In this document: positions 61,399 to 64,000 of the stretch, piece after piece
How positions within the stretch are numbered: the first letter of the stretch is position 1
How the letters are laid out: each line of letters begins with the position of its first letter
NCBI RefSeq assembly: GCF_046119375.1
Contig: NW_027362765.1
Coordinates: 568,912,001-568,976,000, forward strand
Reading direction: 5' to 3'
Source: Phyllobates terribilis
Lineage: Eukaryota
Length of the DNA: 64,000 bases
The notes under the pieces: generated by a model
The model's input: the letters and a program-made list of their open reading frames with translations, nothing else
Databases searched by the model: none
Told to the model about the DNA's origin: nothing
Program-made: the position numbers and the translations under genes

Positions 61399-62736
61399 TG
61401 TGGTGCCCCTGAGGGTTCAACCGCCACAGGAATGCTGCACTTCTCTAATGGAGTATGGTGTTCCTCCTCCGAGGTAAGGCCAGTGTGATAGCCGTGACCC
61501 AGCCTTGCATCCAACACCACACTTCTCCACCAGAGGGAGCTAGTAGGCACTAGGTGCTGCTCCCCTGGTTACAGGGAGACTGGGAAACACAAAGTGGTAG
61601 GAACCAGTTAGTGGGTGAGGGTGGAGGACTTACTAGTTAGTTACACTTCAAATTTCATATTTAATAGTATGCCATCTTTGATTTTGGTCCTTCCATCCTA
61701 AGTCGACAGTTCTAGTGGTTGTACTGTGCTGTCAAACTACTGTGTGTTAATGTGACTTCCCTCCGGGAGCACAGATCCTGTGTGGGCCTGCACCAGCAAG
61801 GGACACAGCCCTCGTACCCTGGCCTTGGGACGAGAGGTAGGTTGTAGACAAGGAATGTCTCAATCCGGCCAAGGACCAGGATCAAGAAGGCCCAGGAGCT
61901 CTAGAGTGTGGCTCCCCAGCAAATAGGTCCCGGGGAGGATGCAGACGGAGCGGAGCACGCCACCTGTCCTCGCCTTCCTGATCTTTTCAGAGGGATTCCG
62001 GCTGCAAGAGGGGTACCGGCCCCCTACACCCGACCTTGTGCTCCATGTCCTGAATGGGAAAGCCCGGTTAGGCCCTGAGGATCCCACCGGGCATCGGATG
62101 GAGAGGAATTGCCACCCGTGCCCTAGTCCTGAGAGGAGCTCAGAGGGAGACCCGGCCTATCCACACACGCACAGACGGGAAAGGGTGAAGTCTGTAGTGC
62201 AGGAACACTCTGGTGTAGGGTCGCTACCGAACACTGGACTTTCTCGGAGGTAGTCGGACCCCCGTCCTTGGTGGCTGCAGGACTCCACGGGGAGCAGGGA
62301 GTGACCTTCCCGCTATCATCTCTAAGTGAGTAAAGCCTTGGAAGTTCACCCCTATGGCCTCTAGACTGTTCATTATGCGCCATACCATGCGATGCGGTGC
62401 ATGTACTCCCTGCACTACTACCCCCCTCCATCCTGTTTGCCTGCCCTGAGGCCACGCTCCGCCTGTGGGGAGCAGTAATAATTTTGGCCGCCATGACACC
62501 AGGCCTCAGCGGACTGTAGCGGCGCTGGTGACCCTTCACCAGGCACCACAGGTGGCGTAGTCATTAAAATAAGCACTCAACCTGGACAAGCCCACACCAT
62601 CTCTTTCTAATGTGACGGCCCTGAGACGGGTCGGGCCCGGGCCACGGCTGCATCCCACCTCTCCATCACAGGGCCCGACACCGAGTCCCCCAACACCCAG
62701 GGTAAAACACGGGCTTCTCTGAGTAGAAGTGTCACA
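61399..62736 (+). mobile_element. 5' LTR (~1338 bp) of a Gypsy-type retrotransposon that runs off the window
   Basis: TGTGGTGCCCCTGAGGG start (compare TGTAGCACCCTGAGGG at 12162) and ...GTGTCACA end, followed 3 nt later by a PBS. Confidence 0.8.
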
Positions 62737-62739
62737 ACC

Positions 62740-62758
62740 TGGTGTAGTCGACAGGATC
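62740..62758 (+). other. Primer-binding site complementary to the tRNA-Ser(AGA/TGA) 3' end
   Basis: TGGTGTAGTCGACAGGATC versus the expected TGGCGTAGTCGGCAGGATT (16/19), taken from the recalled vertebrate tRNA-Ser end ...AATCCTGCCGACTACGCCA. Confidence 0.75.
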
Positions 62759-63009
62759 GCGTGCCCGCAGCAAAGGAAGAAGTGCCCATTGCTACCGGGT
62801 ACTGTGTGCCTTACACCTTGAACTGTTGTTTTACACTTAAAATGGCGCCCGCCCAAGAAGAACAGACGCCATAAAGCTGTAAAAAGACTGTCTTTAAACG
62901 CCTCCCATCGTGGGCTGGGCTCCCTTTTGGCGCCAAAAATGTGGACTGCCCCTTCCATCAGAGACTGTCCGCAGGGTAAAGCCCGTCAAACTGGATGGGC
63001 TGAACGAAG

Positions 63010-64000
63010 GTGGGCCTGTCAGCATTCCGCCCAGGAACCGCCCCAAAAGAGGAGGAAAATGAAAAGCAACAAGGTGCGGCCATTGCATTCGGAGCTTGGC
63101 AGTCAATGGAGGCAGACATGGATGCCTCTGGGGAGCAAGTCCACGCATCTACTGAACCCGGTTCAGGCCCTTCACCCGGCAGAGAGCAAGGCGGCAGCGT
63201 GTTGACCCCGGGAGAGATTGCATTTCTCCAGCAGGAAGCTCCGGAGCTCCTAAGAAGGCAGAGAGAGGCCCAGGAGGCTGCGACGGCTGCGTGGCGGGAG
63301 GAGATGCTGCTGCGTATCCGGGACCGCCGCCAAGAAGTTGAGGGCCCAGGACAAATCGACTCGGTGACAGAGGTCGAGGGCGGCCCAGCGGCGGGTGAGT
63401 GTGCAACCCCTGCCCTGGCTGCAGAGCCTACCGTGACTATCCTGGACCTCATGACGGAGTACCTGATTCCCCACGCGGTCACCTGGGAGCAAGCGTTGGC
63501 TCCAGAGCTGCAATCGGCAGCTGTAGGTGGGGACCTGCGATGCCGCACAAACCCTGACACGGAGGTGCCTGAAGCTGCGGAGGAAACTACCGGCTCCAAC
63601 CTGGACTGGTCCGCGCCTACAGAGGACTCGCAGCAACCCGTTCTTACCACACTACCCGCACCAGCGGTAACCTGGCCCGAGGCTGAGGAGTGGGCCTGGG
63701 AAAACCAGGGGGGGCGAACTAATGGGCTTCCCCCGGGAGACCCGGGCTGAAGCGCGGAGGAGGAGCCAGTGGTGCAGCCACCAGATATTCCAGCTCACAT
63801 GAGAGCAACGTCGGCGGGAGCAGCGCTGCGAGCGCCTCGAGGCCCGGACCATACCTGCAAAAACTCGGGTGCGTCAGGAGGAGGCCACCCATCCCAGTCC
63901 CCGGTACAAAGGCCAAGTCATCCGTTTTCATCATGAGGCGGGGTGGGGGTTCATCCGGTGTCCCCAGTTCCAGGACGATGTGTTCGTCAGCCGGCGGGAC
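63010..64000 (+). pseudogene. First ORF of the LTR element, disrupted (frameshift near 63710, TGA at 63800), ending in a cold-shock-domain-like sequence
   Basis: A 246-aa acidic ORF continues in the +1 frame as MGFPRETR...*EQRRREQRCERLEAR...PRYKGQVIRFHHEAGWGFIRCPQFQDDVFVSRRD up to the window end. Confidence 0.65.

Noticed and set aside
62550-62562. LTR end at 62550 with PBS at 62553
   Set aside because: A longer PBS match follows a CA at 62736, and the related solo LTR extends past the same internal motif, so the LTR end is 62736.

Overview
This is eukaryotic, repeat-dense genomic DNA, most likely from a frog (inferred from the mix of T2/Kolobok-type MITEs, TTAA-flanked piggyBac-like elements, TRT/DD37E and Intruder/DD38E Tc1 elements, and hAT elements with TAGAGATGAGC termini). 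There is no prokaryotic content and most ORF-track entries are spurious. Main contents: (1) A complete Gag-only LTR retroelement on the minus strand (194-6399) with a 5-bp TSD and ~2.35-kb LTRs carrying a 36-bp minisatellite. It has no tRNA primer site but has a Tf1/sushi-type self-priming signature. (2) A nested hAT complex (~7577-26570). An 11-kb hAT with a perfect 8-bp TSD and an intact 1233-aa transposase ORF sits inside an older hAT transposase gene. It carries an 18S rRNA fragment, an L1 RT fragment split by a solo LTR, and a TRT element. (3) Large TTAA-flanked non-autonomous elements and many MITEs. (4) One candidate host gene missed by the ORF track: three GT-AG-joined coding exons (41103-41163, 44141-44308, 46319-46338) giving an 82-aa Gly/Ser/Cys-rich, cornified-envelope-like protein, with an Intruder transposon in intron 2. 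(5) At the right edge, an LTR with a tRNA-Ser primer-binding site followed by an ORF ending in a cold-shock-domain-like sequence. All calls are from manual reading; no database searches were run.
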